Shown piece by piece: positions 1 through 9,376 of a stretch of 44,923 bases of DNA (positions are counted from its first letter, which is position 1; every line of letters starts with the position of its first letter). Under the pieces are notes generated by a model. It was not told where the DNA came from. It was given only the letters and a program-made list of their open reading frames with translations, and searched no databases. The DNA comes from Bacteroidales bacterium. GTDB lineage: Bacteria; Bacteroidota; Bacteroidia; Bacteroidales; Bacteroidaceae. Location of the stretch: the NCBI GenBank assembly GCA_030523615.1, contig JAUNIC010000001.1:1-44923 (forward strand), given 5' to 3'. Both the position numbers and the translations under genes were made by a program.

Positions 1-57
1 CAGTGTACACTGAATCGTTCGTCAGTGTACACTGATTTACTCGTCAGTGTACACTGA
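1..57. repeat. 22-bp-period tandem repeat, each unit carrying the perfect palindrome TCAGTGTACACTGA
   Basis: Copies at 1-13 (truncated by the window edge), 22-35 and 44-57, with 8-bp spacers ATCGTTCG and TTTACTCG. Confidence 0.95.
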
Positions 58-116
58 TTGAAAAATACTTCTCAAAGAGTGCTTTATTCTGCCTTGCCGA
101 TGGTATAGAGTTGATA

Positions 117-893
117 CTATTTTGCGGTGTCTTTTCCGCTGCGCTTGCTGCGATTGTAGGAGCGATATGAGTCAAGTTCAATCTCGACGTCGGGCTCTAC
201 GAGTTGCGGAGCTTGGGGGAGTTGGAACTTGAGATACTTGATGGAGAGGCCGCGGTCGATCCACATCTGTTCGTAGTAGGTGTGGATGGAGAGAATCTCG
301 CGTACAGCGGGGTCGCTCTCCGCTTCAAGTGTGTGGTAGAGGTCGTCGGTTTGGAAGAGGACTGGCAGCTTGTTTTCCTTGACAACGTAATCGGTATAGG
401 TGTATAGGAAGTTGCTGTCGGTCTTGAGGTGTATGATGCCGTCGGGCTGGAGGAAGTGACGGTAGCGCTCAAGGAAATAGGTGGAGGTGAGACGCTTGGT
501 GACTTTTTTCATCTGGGGGTCAGAGAAAGTGAGCCAGATTTCGGACACTTCGCCGGGAGCAAAGAATTTATGGATGAATTCGATATGGGTGCGGAGGAAA
601 CCGACATTGGTGAGGCCTTCGTTCTTGGCTTCTGTGGCTCCACTATACATTCGCGCGCCTTTGATGTCGACACCGATGAAGTTCTTGTCGGGGAACATGC
701 GGCCAAGTCCTACGCAGTATTCGCCACGACCGCAGCCGAGTTCGAGGACGATAGGGTTATCGTTTTTGAAAAACTCTTGATGCCAACGGCCGTAGAGCTC
801 ATGGAGGGGTGAGTCGGGACGTTGGAAGGGGGACTCAACTACGTGATCGTAGGTGGCCATTTCTGCAAATTTTGCGAGTTTGTTCATGCTCAT
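117..893 (-). CDS. trmB: tRNA (guanine-N7)-methyltransferase
   Basis: SAM motif [30 protein letters not shown] and HLKTD; 4-nt overlap with xseB. Confidence 0.95.
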   Translation of the reverse strand: MSMNKLAKFAEMATYDHVVESPFQRPDSPLHELYGRWHQEFFKNDNPIVLELGCGRGEYCVGLGRMFPDKNFIGVDIKGARMYSGATEAKNEGLTNVGFLRTHIEFIHKFFAPGEVSEIWLTFSDPQMKKVTKRLTSTYFLERYRHFLQPDGIIHLKTDSNFLYTYTDYVVKENKLPVLFQTDDLYHTLEAESDPAVREILSIHTYYEQMWIDRGLSIKYLKFQLPQAPQLVEPDVEIELDSYRSYNRSKRSGKDTAK

Positions 894-1093
894 CGTACTT
901 CGGTTTTGGGGGTGAGTAATGCGTTGATGTCGGTTTCGACTTGGGTGAGCTGGGTTTGGCAGAAGGCGAGTAACTCTTGGGCTCGCTTAAGTTTTACTGT
1001 GAGTTCACTGATGGGGAGTTCGCCGCGTTCGACAGCAGAGACGATTTGCTCGAGTTCGCTGAGCGCGTTTTCGTATGTGAGGTTATCTTGCAT
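890..1093 (-). CDS. xseB: Exodeoxyribonuclease VII small subunit
   Basis: 67 aa with the [13 protein letters not shown]...L..CQ..L pattern; directly downstream of xseA. Confidence 0.92.
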   Translation of the reverse strand: MQDNLTYENALSELEQIVSAVERGELPISELTVKLKRAQELLAFCQTQLTQVETDINALLTPKTEVR

Positions 1094-1095
1094 AG

Positions 1096-2433
1096 CTACA
1101 TGAGGGTTTGGCTGGTGATGATTCCGTCGTGGAGTTGGGTCTTGATGATGGTGCCAGGCTGAAGTTCTGACGCTGTACGGATGACGTGACCAGAAACGTC
1201 GGTAGTAATGGAGTATCCCATCTGGAGGATGCGTTCGGGGCCTGCCATCTTGAGGGTGTTTTCGATGAGTTGCAGTTTGTGACGGCTGCGCTCAATCTGC
1301 CTTTGAACGTTGGGAAGTAGCCGTTCGCTGGCGAGGGTTAGGTTGTGTTTCTTACGCTCGAGTAGTCGGTTTATGCTGATCTCCATCCGATTGGAGAGGC
1401 GTAGATGGTGCTCTCGTTGTTGGGCAATGAAACCTGATGCTGCACGCTCAAAGCGGTGGGAGAGGCGATCGAAGCGTTGACGTTCTTGGTGGAGGAGGGC
1501 AGTGCAGGCGGCGTTGAGACGTGCCTCGTAATCGTTGATGATTTCGAGTTCGTCGGACATTCTGTCAATGAGGAACTGGGCTACTGCCGTGGGGGTCTTG
1601 AGACGGGTGTGGGCGACAATGTCGATGACGGTATCGTCGCGTTCGTGCCCAATGCCGGTAAGGATGGGCAATGGGAATTGGGCGACATTGGCGGCGAGGA
1701 GGTAAGTCTCGAAGCCGTTGAGGTCGGCTACGGAGCCGCCGCCACGGATGATGACGACGCAATCCCAAGAATCGAGGTCGGTGGCTATGCGGTCGAGGGC
1801 ACGGATGACACTGCTCTCCACGTCGCTGCCTTGCATGGTGGCTGCAAAGAGTTGGGTGGCAAAGTTGAAACCGCTGTCGTCGAGTTGTTTGCAGAAGTCG
1901 CCGTAGCCTGCTGCACCTGCCGCAGATATGACAGCAATGCGCTGGAGAGGGCGGGGGAGTGTGAGTTCTTTGTTGAGGGTCAGAACGCCGTCGTCGTCGA
2001 GTTGCTGGAGGATTTCCTGTCGACGACGGGCCATGTCACCGAGTGTGTAGGTGGGGTCGATGTCGCTGACATTAAGGGAGTAGCCGTAGACTTCGTGGAA
2101 AGTGACTTTGACCTCAAGAAGCACTTTCATACCTTTGTTGAGACGTTGTCCCGTTTCGCTGAAGAAGCGCGGTGCAATTTCGGCCCAAGTGTTGCGCCAA
2201 ATCGTAGCACGGGCTTGAGCGCGGAATTTTCCGCCGTCGCCGCCACCAATTCGAACCCGGTTGCGAGTGCCGTTTCCCGCATCGTTCTTCTCGACCAACT
2301 CCAAATAGCAGTGGCCGGTGACGTGCTCGTTTAACGACGCAATCTCAGCGACAACCCAGTAGCTGTCGTTGAGACTGAGAGCCAGCACTTCGCTGACCAT
2401 GCGATTTAGTTCGTAGAGGCTTATTGGTTTCAA
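1096..2433 (-). CDS. xseA: Exodeoxyribonuclease VII large subunit (TTG start)
   Basis: OB fold (GHCYLEL), RIAVIS, IIRGGGS, TGIGHERD, KTPTAVA and C-terminal GYSI motifs. Confidence 0.95.
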   Translation of the reverse strand: MKPISLYELNRMVSEVLALSLNDSYWVVAEIASLNEHVTGHCYLELVEKNDAGNGTRNRVRIGGGDGGKFRAQARATIWRNTWAEIAPRFFSETGQRLNKGMKVLLEVKVTFHEVYGYSLNVSDIDPTYTLGDMARRRQEILQQLDDDGVLTLNKELTLPRPLQRIAVISAAGAAGYGDFCKQLDDSGFNFATQLFAATMQGSDVESSVIRALDRIATDLDSWDCVVIIRGGGSVADLNGFETYLLAANVAQFPLPILTGIGHERDDTVIDIVAHTRLKTPTAVAQFLIDRMSDELEIINDYEARLNAACTALLHQERQRFDRLSHRFERAASGFIAQQREHHLRLSNRMEISINRLLERKKHNLTLASERLLPNVQRQIERSRHKLQLIENTLKMAGPERILQMGYSITTDVSGHVIRTASELQPGTIIKTQLHDGIITSQTLM

Positions 2434-2452
2434 ATAGTGTGGTTTATAGGGC

Positions 2453-2489
2453 GCGAAGCAGCCAATACGAAGACGTAATGGCTGTTCGC
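2453..2489. other. Intergenic hairpin between the S8 protease and xseA
   Basis: GCGAA(G)CAGCCA(A)TACG-AAGA-CGTA(A)TGGCTGTTCGC; no clear U-tract. Confidence 0.5.
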
Positions 2490-2559
2490 TATAGGGTTGT
2501 TCGGATTAGGCTTGGCTCTTGTTCGTTCGGATACGGTTTTAGCTATATGCTTGTTCCGA

Positions 2560-3966
2560 TTATTTCTTGAGAATCTCGTAGGCTTTCATCATGTCGGGGA
2601 TGCCGTAGCCAAAGATTTCGTCGGGATGTTCGAAATTGTTGCCGGCACGATGAATGGCGTCGATGATGTCGGTAGGGCGTTTACCAGGGAAGGCCTGTAG
2701 AAGGCATGTGACAGCGCCAGCCATGACGGGGCAAGAGAAGGAGGTGCCGTTGGCGTTGGAGATTTCTCCGTCGATGCCGAGAACCGTGGTGCGTCCACCC
2801 TGAGCCATGCAGTCGGGTTTGATACGGCCATCGGCGCTGTAGCCAATGCTGGAGAAGGCGGTGTTGACGCCTTCGGCATTGACTGCGCCAACGGTGAGAA
2901 TGTCGCTTGCGTCAGCGGGGAATCCGATCTTCTTCCAACTTTCGTCACCTTCGTTACCTGCAGAATTGCAGACCAATATACCGCGACTTGCTGCGAGGGA
3001 TGCACTGCGGCTGTTGAGTTCGTGTTTGCCGTCGAGCCAATGGTAATGGAGCTTGTACTTGGGTTCGTCGTAGTGGGTGTAACCTAAGGAACTGGTTACA
3101 ACGTCGACTCCAAGAGAGTCGGCATACTCAATGGCAGCGCACCAATTGTCTTCTTCTCCGCGATATTCGAACCATGTGTCTTCGCTCTCGAGGAGATAGA
3201 AATTGGCTTCGGGTGCTGTGCCGATGATGCTCTGGGGCTTATTGGGGGCAATGCATGAGAGCACCATCATGCCGTGAGAATGTTCTGCATAGACGCTGGT
3301 GCCAGGGCGGGTAAAATTTCGGGTGCCCAAGATGTGGTTCTGGTTGAAGGCGCTGATGGCGTCGACATTGTAGAATCCGCCATCGATGACGGCTATCGTC
3401 ATTCCCTCACCACGGAATCCGAGAGAGTGGAGCGCGGGAAGATTAAGTTGGTTGGCCTGCCCCTGTGAGAATCCGTAGACGCTGTCAGCAGCTTCTCGGG
3501 TGCGGAGGTTGTTGGTGATAAGTTCGAGACGGTCGGAATCGTTGTCGATCATTACGCTGTCAGGAGCTACGTATACCAATTCCACATTGCTGACGAAGGG
3601 GAGGCTGCGCAGTTTACCAAGGGTGCTGTCTGTTGTGTCGTTCAAGGAAACTTGTACCGTGTTGTTCCACTTTGAACAATTGAAAATGTGGGCTCCTGTT
3701 GCTCTAATCTTCTTAAGATAAGATGGCGTAATGGGTAGGTCGTACTCGTCGACTGCGAGCCCCATTCGTTGGCGGCGCTCAATGCTTTTCTGCGAGAGAA
3801 ACTGCTCGGGATGCTTAACGGAATAGGGGTTGTTGGCTTTGTCGGTGAGAGTGAGACGGTAACGATATTCGTGTGGAAGGTATTGGTAGTCTCTTTTGAT
3901 GCCTCTTCGTCCTGCTGACGCTGTGAGCGATATGAGGGCAAGAAGAAAGAAAAGTACTTTTCTCAT
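2560..3966 (-). CDS. S8 family (subtilisin-like) serine protease, exported
   Basis: Signal peptide; catalytic motifs AVIDGG, HG, SAGN and GTSFSCP. Confidence 0.93.
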   Translation of the reverse strand: MRKVLFFLLALISLTASAGRRGIKRDYQYLPHEYRYRLTLTDKANNPYSVKHPEQFLSQKSIERRQRMGLAVDEYDLPITPSYLKKIRATGAHIFNCSKWNNTVQVSLNDTTDSTLGKLRSLPFVSNVELVYVAPDSVMIDNDSDRLELITNNLRTREAADSVYGFSQGQANQLNLPALHSLGFRGEGMTIAVIDGGFYNVDAISAFNQNHILGTRNFTRPGTSVYAEHSHGMMVLSCIAPNKPQSIIGTAPEANFYLLESEDTWFEYRGEEDNWCAAIEYADSLGVDVVTSSLGYTHYDEPKYKLHYHWLDGKHELNSRSASLAASRGILVCNSAGNEGDESWKKIGFPADASDILTVGAVNAEGVNTAFSSIGYSADGRIKPDCMAQGGRTTVLGIDGEISNANGTSFSCPVMAGAVTCLLQAFPGKRPTDIIDAIHRAGNNFEHPDEIFGYGIPDMMKAYEILKK

Positions 3967-3999
3967 GGAAAATTGGACTATTATTTAGGTTCTGACAGA

Positions 4000-4725
4000 T
4001 TAGCGATTCGATTCTGAGAGGTGAAGCAAGTGACAGATGATGCGTTTGTTTGCATCGCGGAGAGCCTGGGAAGCTGCGGAGAGATTTTTGGAGAATTCTT
4101 CGAAGGTTTCTGCGCCATTGTCGCAAAGGTCGGTGACTGACTTCACAAAGAGGATGGGGGTGTTGAGCAGTGAGCATACAAAAGCTACTGCGGCACCTTC
4201 CATGTCTTTGAGTTCTCCGCCGTTGTCTTTGATAATCTGCAAATCGCAGGGCTGCATATCGAGCGATGAACCAGTGGTGACCTTGCCCATTCTGTAACCG
4301 AGCTCAAGTGCTATAGCTTCGGAACCTTCCCAAACATTGTAGTTGCCTAACGCCTGAGTGCCCCATTCGTCATCGCCAGGAACTCTACGGTCGTGGAACA
4401 TGACGCCATTACCAATGTAGACTTCGGCAATGTGTGCGTCGTTGCTTTCGAAGGCTCCGCAAGTACCGCTGTTGATAACGAGATCAGGGTGAAGGCGCTC
4501 GATTGCAGCCAGAGTTGCAACGCTTGCTGCTTCGCAACCTACGAGGTCGCTGCCGTGCTGCTGACCGTTGAGCACAACGTGGAGCTTTGTGCCGTTTTCA
4601 AACTCTGTGGAGTAAAGACGGCAAGGGAGGGGAGCGAAGAAGCCTTCTTGCTCTTCTATGCCAAAGGCATCGATGAAGGGTTGGGCTTCAGCTTGCATGG
4701 CAACGACGTAAAGGATGTTTTGCAT
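4000..4725 (-). CDS. mtnN: MTA/SAH nucleosidase (PNP/UDP family)
   Basis: VVAMQAEA, INSGTCG, TTGSSLD, KDMEGAAVA and KSVTD motifs. Confidence 0.85.
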   Translation of the reverse strand: MQNILYVVAMQAEAQPFIDAFGIEEQEGFFAPLPCRLYSTEFENGTKLHVVLNGQQHGSDLVGCEAASVATLAAIERLHPDLVINSGTCGAFESNDAHIAEVYIGNGVMFHDRRVPGDDEWGTQALGNYNVWEGSEAIALELGYRMGKVTTGSSLDMQPCDLQIIKDNGGELKDMEGAAVAFVCSLLNTPILFVKSVTDLCDNGAETFEEFSKNLSAASQALRDANKRIICHLLHLSESNR

Positions 4726-4777
4726 CTTAAAGTGTCACTTGGGGGATTGTTGAACAATTATTTGCGAGTTTTGCTTA

Positions 4778-5749
4778 TTAATGGGCTACGACGTCGCGAA
4801 CTTGTACACGAGAGAAAGGCAGGAGCTGCGAGGAGTTGCAGATGACGCGCTGAGCATCGCCTTTGAGGTAGAAGTAGAAGTCGTTGACCATGCTTCGCTT
4901 GCGTGAATCGGTAGAAAGTACGTAGACGCCGCGGTAAAGAGGATATTCGTTCGATGCAATGTAATACTGGTAGGGACGCTGCCAGTCCTTGCAATCGATG
5001 CCAAGTTCATCCTTGAGGCCATAACGGCCTACCATCATGACTTTTACGTCGAGGTTCTGGAAACTCTCGATGATTGCGGTGTCGCCCTTGTATACGCGAA
5101 GCCAGTCGGTGCTGACAACACCTATGACGTCTTGACGTTCTTGGACCATCTTGATGACTTCTTTATTGCTACCTTGGGCGAAGACGTTGCCTTTGATGGG
5201 CTTGCCGCCGTTGAGGGAATCCTTCATGAAGCGTACAGTCGAAGAACCGCTATGGTCGAATACAAGATTGAGTTCGCCAGTCTTGTGAGTGACTTCAAGC
5301 TGGCCCCAATCGGTAATTTCGCCAGAAATGATTTTCTTGATTTCGGAAAGATTAATGATGGTGTCGGGATTGTTTTTGTTGACAATCAGAGCAAAAGCGT
5401 CGAACGCGAAGAGGGACTGCTTAAAATTATGACCGCGAGAACGGATGTTCTGCTGTTCTTGTTGTGTGAGCTTGCGAGTTGTTATGGCGAGGCGAACACT
5501 GTCGCGAATAATCATACGAATGGCTGAGTCTTCACTTACGTAATGGGGAATCATGGATGCTCCCGGATGGCGAAACGAGAAGAGCTCGCTGAGTTCCTCC
5601 ATGATAGGCTCGAAGCTGATGTCTGCAGCATACTCTACATCGTCTTCATGGAGATATTTATTATTGGGCTTATCGTCGCCCTTTCCACCACCGCAAGCAG
5701 CGAGTGCGATGATTGCCATAAGCAAAGGCAGGTAGAGGATCTTTTTCAT
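4778..5749 (-). CDS. PstS-like substrate-binding lipoprotein (PBP2 fold)
   Basis: Lipobox LAAC; ADISFEPI, AFDAFALIVN, VFDHSGSST and YPLYR segments typical of PBP_like_2 proteins. Confidence 0.8.
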   Translation of the reverse strand: MKKILYLPLLMAIIALAACGGGKGDDKPNNKYLHEDDVEYAADISFEPIMEELSELFSFRHPGASMIPHYVSEDSAIRMIIRDSVRLAITTRKLTQQEQQNIRSRGHNFKQSLFAFDAFALIVNKNNPDTIINLSEIKKIISGEITDWGQLEVTHKTGELNLVFDHSGSSTVRFMKDSLNGGKPIKGNVFAQGSNKEVIKMVQERQDVIGVVSTDWLRVYKGDTAIIESFQNLDVKVMMVGRYGLKDELGIDCKDWQRPYQYYIASNEYPLYRGVYVLSTDSRKRSMVNDFYFYLKGDAQRVICNSSQLLPFSRVQVRDVVAH

Positions 5750-5813
5750 TTCTTTTCTGTAAAAATGTTTGTTTCTGTGGAACTTGGTTGATGACTTGCG
5801 ATGATTTTTCTTG

Positions 5814-5852
5814 AAAAAGCAGCGCCTCGGAGAAAAGCCCCAAGGCGCTGCT
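5814..5852 (-). terminator. Intrinsic terminator downstream of tonB
   Basis: Stem AGCAGCGCCT/AGGCGCTGCT followed on the minus strand by a T-run. Confidence 0.75.
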
Positions 5853-5873
5853 GATATTAGAGATTATCCGAGA

Positions 5874-6737
5874 TTACTGAAGCTGGAAGCGAACGGGGAG
5901 AGAGAACCATACCTTGACGGCCTTACCCTGCTGCTTACCAGGAATGAATCGGGGCAGAGACTTAACCACACGTACAGCTTCCTGATCGCAGTGAGACTCG
6001 AGGCTCTTGGCAACCTGAACGTCACCTACAGAACCGTCTTCCTTAACGACGAAGCGGAGGTTAACAACACCCTGGATTTCCTGTTCCTGAGCGATCTGGG
6101 GATACTTTACATGGGTAGCGATGTACTTCAGAAGTGCAGCTTCACCACCGGGGAACGTAGGCGGCTGTTCTACAACGTTGTAAACCTTAGCTTCTTCTTC
6201 TACGACTGCAGAAGATGCAACAGGCTTGGCTTCGCCATTACCCATCACCTGATTGTCGCGGAGGTCTTCTACGTTGATACCATGGTCAGAGTTACCTTCG
6301 ATGGTGATAGAAGAAATAGCCACATTGGTGTGCTGAAGTTCATCCTGAGTCTTCATCTTCTTTGACTCATCTACCTGGTCAACGATTTCAGGTACGGTGA
6401 ACTGGATAGAAGACTTTACAAGAACTTCCTGCTTCTGGGGAATTTCTTCCTGCTTTACTTCTACCTTCTTCTCCTCTTTCTTAGGTTCGTCCTTCTTGAG
6501 TTCGGAGAGTTCGGTCACAGCGTCACCTTCAGCCATGCTGGCAGAGAGTGCTTCCTTTGCTGCGATGGTACCAGCAACGATACAGCCGATAGCAATGATG
6601 CCGATGATGATGTCAATAAGTGCATAGAGGTGTCGACGACCAGCTTTTGAACGCAAATCATAAGCGCCGTAAGCCTTGTTACGTCCTTCGAATACCAGTT
6701 CGCACCATTCACGCGATTTGAGATCTACTTTAGACAT
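5874..6737 (-). CDS. tonB: Energy transducer TonB
   Basis: N-terminal VFEGRNKAYGAY plus a TM helix, a Lys/Glu linker, and a TonB_C domain (PTFPGG...YP...QGVV.LRFVV...PVRFQL). Confidence 0.93.
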   Translation of the reverse strand: MSKVDLKSREWCELVFEGRNKAYGAYDLRSKAGRRHLYALIDIIIGIIAIGCIVAGTIAAKEALSASMAEGDAVTELSELKKDEPKKEEKKVEVKQEEIPQKQEVLVKSSIQFTVPEIVDQVDESKKMKTQDELQHTNVAISSITIEGNSDHGINVEDLRDNQVMGNGEAKPVASSAVVEEEAKVYNVVEQPPTFPGGEAALLKYIATHVKYPQIAQEQEIQGVVNLRFVVKEDGSVGDVQVAKSLESHCDQEAVRVVKSLPRFIPGKQQGKAVKVWFSLPVRFQLQ

Positions 6738-6771
6738 AGTTGTTACGTTTTATTAATGCTTATGATTATTG

Positions 6772-7407
6772 TTACTTGGTAGTCATGATCGTGAAACCCT
6801 TTTCACTTGCCATGATAGAGTCGCTAGCGTTAACCTTGTCGATTACATACTTACCGATGTAGCAGTTCTGCATTTCGTCGAGTACGTCGATGAGGTTGTT
6901 GTAAGTAGCGGCATCGCTGGGCTTGATGATAACAGTAGGAGTACCGTCAGCGTTCTTGATCTTCTGGATACGCTCCTTGTATTCCTTCTGGTTAGCGTCG
7001 GCTACAGCGGGATTGCTGGAGTATCTTGCCTCCATTTCCTTCTTGAGTGCGAGAGCCTGCTCGGCAGCCTTGATGTTCTTCTGGAGGAGAACCTTGCGGA
7101 TACCGTCCTTACCGTACGCAGTTTCGGTGAAAGGTACGAGGGGAGCGCTCTGCTTACCCATGAAGTAATAAATCTTGTTGTCCTTGTCAATGATAATCGT
7201 GATAGCTTCGTCTGTAGCTACCTGAGATTTGTTCTCAGTCTTGATATCTTCCTTGTCCGAAGGCATGGTGATTTCCATGGTCTGGGGCTTGAGAAGAGTA
7301 GTACAGAGCATGAAGAAAGTCACGAGCAACATGATCATGTCGACCATAGGAGTAAAGTCGACGCGGGCGTTCATTTTCTTTTGCTTTGAGCCACCTTTTT
7401 TTGCCAT
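6772..7407 (-). CDS. exbD: Biopolymer transporter ExbD
   Basis: DFTPMVDMIMLLVTFFM TM motif and a C-terminal IDVLDEM segment. Confidence 0.93.
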   Translation of the reverse strand: MAKKGGSKQKKMNARVDFTPMVDMIMLLVTFFMLCTTLLKPQTMEITMPSDKEDIKTENKSQVATDEAITIIIDKDNKIYYFMGKQSAPLVPFTETAYGKDGIRKVLLQKNIKAAEQALALKKEMEARYSSNPAVADANQKEYKERIQKIKNADGTPTVIIKPSDAATYNNLIDVLDEMQNCYIGKYVIDKVNASDSIMASEKGFTIMTTK

Positions 7408-7427
7408 AACTTTATTCTATCTGATTA

Positions 7428-8054
7428 TTATTCGCCGGACTTGAGCGTGGTGATGAGGTTGTAACGGCTCTCATCGATGCTACGCAGCGAGTTCATTACT
7501 TCTTTGATTGTTTCGTAAGGGGTGGTCTTGTCCGCCTTGATGGCAATACGCATGTCTTGGCCACAAGTGTTGCGGGCTGCAAGTACCCATTCTTTAAGTT
7601 CGTCGCCTTCGCGCTCTTCACCAGTGCCCTTGCAGGGGATACCTGCGGCCTTGCTTTCCTGGAGATACTTGTTGCGCTTCTGTGCATCAAGTTTCACCCA
7701 TGCCTTGGTGTCAGCGAGAGGGGTACCAAAGGTAGGAGCTTCGGAAAACGCCTTGAGTTCTTCTGCTGTTAAGCTCAGCTTGTTGTGGGCGATGAGTTCC
7801 TCTGCCATCATCTTCTGACGATCGGGGCTGTCCATTACCATGAAGACCTTGCCAGCGGGGTTGACGAAGATGGTCATGATGTTGGACTCAGGAATCTTGA
7901 TTTCGCTCACAGAACCAGGAACATTAACGAGAATAGGCTCTTCCTTGGTGAACGTTGCGGTAAGCATAAAGAAGGTAAGCAGCAGGACCATCACGTCACT
8001 CATAGGCGTCATGTCTATGAATGTGTCTTGTTTCTTGACTTGAAAACGTCCCAT
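7428..8054 (-). CDS. exbD: Biopolymer transporter ExbD (second paralog)
   Basis: IDMTPMSDVMVLLLTFFM and IAIKAD..TPY motifs. Confidence 0.93.
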   Translation of the reverse strand: MGRFQVKKQDTFIDMTPMSDVMVLLLTFFMLTATFTKEEPILVNVPGSVSEIKIPESNIMTIFVNPAGKVFMVMDSPDRQKMMAEELIAHNKLSLTAEELKAFSEAPTFGTPLADTKAWVKLDAQKRNKYLQESKAAGIPCKGTGEEREGDELKEWVLAARNTCGQDMRIAIKADKTTPYETIKEVMNSLRSIDESRYNLITTLKSGE

Positions 8055-8081
8055 TGTGTTAATTGTTTACCTTGGTTATGA

Positions 8082-8957
8082 TTACTTCTGAGAGGTCTTG
8101 AAGGTTTCTACGATGGTGAAGCCGAGTTCGTCGATAGCGAAGGTAAGCTTGTCGATCTTGTTGGTGTAGAAGTTGTAAGCGATAACGGCGCTAGCACCAG
8201 TTGCGATACCAGAGGCAGTATTTACAAGTGCCTCAGAGATACCTACAGAGAGTGCAGAAGAGTCAGCACCACCTTCACCACCCATTGCGGAGAAGGACTT
8301 GATCATACCGAGCACGGTACCGAGAAGACCGGTAAGAGTACCGAGGGTAACGATGGTACCGATGATGGGGAGGTTCTCCTGCATCATAGGCATTTCGAGA
8401 GCGGTTGCTTCTTCAACAGTCTTCTGGATGGAGAGGACCTTCTTCTCGAGCTCAACGTCTTCCTTGAGCTGCTTCTCGTATTCGTCGAGAGCGGCGAGAA
8501 CTACGTTTGCTACAGAACCCTGCTGCTTGTCGCAGAGCTGACGAGCCTTAGCAACGTCCTGAACCTTGAGTGCGCTCTTAACTTCAGCGGCAAACTTAGC
8601 GAGGTTGCCCTTACCGTTAGCAGTGCGGATAGCGAAGTAACGCTCGATAGCGAGAGCGATTACAGTGAAGAAGAGGGTCCAGATGATAGGCACGATGAAA
8701 CCACCCTTGTAAACGGTACCGATGAGGTCACCAGTGAGGGGCTCGTGGTCACCATCAGTGAAGAAGGAGAAGTCCTGGAGACCGCCGCTGAAGCCGGTGT
8801 CAGCATCAGCGAAGTGGCTCTTGTGACCAAATACGAATACGTAAACACATTCTGCGAGAACCCAGCAGAAAATAATTACGAGGAAACCGGACTTGATACC
8901 GGTGAAGCCCTTAGACTTCTTAGGTGCACTCTTAGGTGCAGTAGCAGTGTTTGCCAT
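8082..8957 (-). CDS. exbB: MotA/TolQ/ExbB proton channel protein
   Basis: TLGTLTGLLGTVLGMI and GISEALVNTA motifs; first gene of the exbB-exbD-exbD-tonB block. Confidence 0.93.
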   Translation of the reverse strand: MANTATAPKSAPKKSKGFTGIKSGFLVIIFCWVLAECVYVFVFGHKSHFADADTGFSGGLQDFSFFTDGDHEPLTGDLIGTVYKGGFIVPIIWTLFFTVIALAIERYFAIRTANGKGNLAKFAAEVKSALKVQDVAKARQLCDKQQGSVANVVLAALDEYEKQLKEDVELEKKVLSIQKTVEEATALEMPMMQENLPIIGTIVTLGTLTGLLGTVLGMIKSFSAMGGEGGADSSALSVGISEALVNTASGIATGASAVIAYNFYTNKIDKLTFAIDELGFTIVETFKTSQK

Positions 8958-9145
8958 TGTGATTAAGAAATTTGATTGGTTTGTAATTAAGGAATTAATA
9001 AAATGATTTTCGATTTTGAGTTTTCAGGCTTTCCCATGCTCTCCTTATTATAATATCATAGGAGTGGAGTATTGGACGGGAAGTTGTGCCTTTCATATGC
9101 AACCTTTTTGCGATTCTACCATTACGCAATTTAGTTTTTGCACGA

Positions 9146-9177
9146 CAAAGGTACTCTATAATTCCGAAATACGCAAA
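9146..9177 (-). promoter_or_regulatory. Bacteroidota primary-sigma promoter for the exbB operon
   Basis: Minus strand reads TTTG (9174-9177)-N20-TACCTTTG (9146-9153), an exact -33/-7 consensus. Confidence 0.75.
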
Positions 9178-9254
9178 CTTTCGAGGCAAAAAATAATTTT
9201 TTTTGGCGATTTTCTTTGAAAGTTGAACGAAATGGCAAAAAAGTCATAGTTTTT

Positions 9255-9286
9255 TTTGGTCATTTCACCAATTAGAATTAATTTTG
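9255..9286 (+). promoter_or_regulatory. Bacteroidota promoter for the IscU-like/GGGtGRT operon
   Basis: TTTG (9255-9258)-N20-TAATTTTG (9279-9286). Confidence 0.75.
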
Positions 9287-9376
9287 CGGTGGAAAATTAT
9301 GAAAGGTCATTCCAACAACACTTGAATGCCTTTCGTGTTCGCCAAGTTAGGACATCCAATTTTTATTTTTTAAATT

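Noticed and set aside
1-57. CRISPR array
   Set aside because: The 14-bp repeats and 8-bp spacers are far too short, and there are no cas genes.
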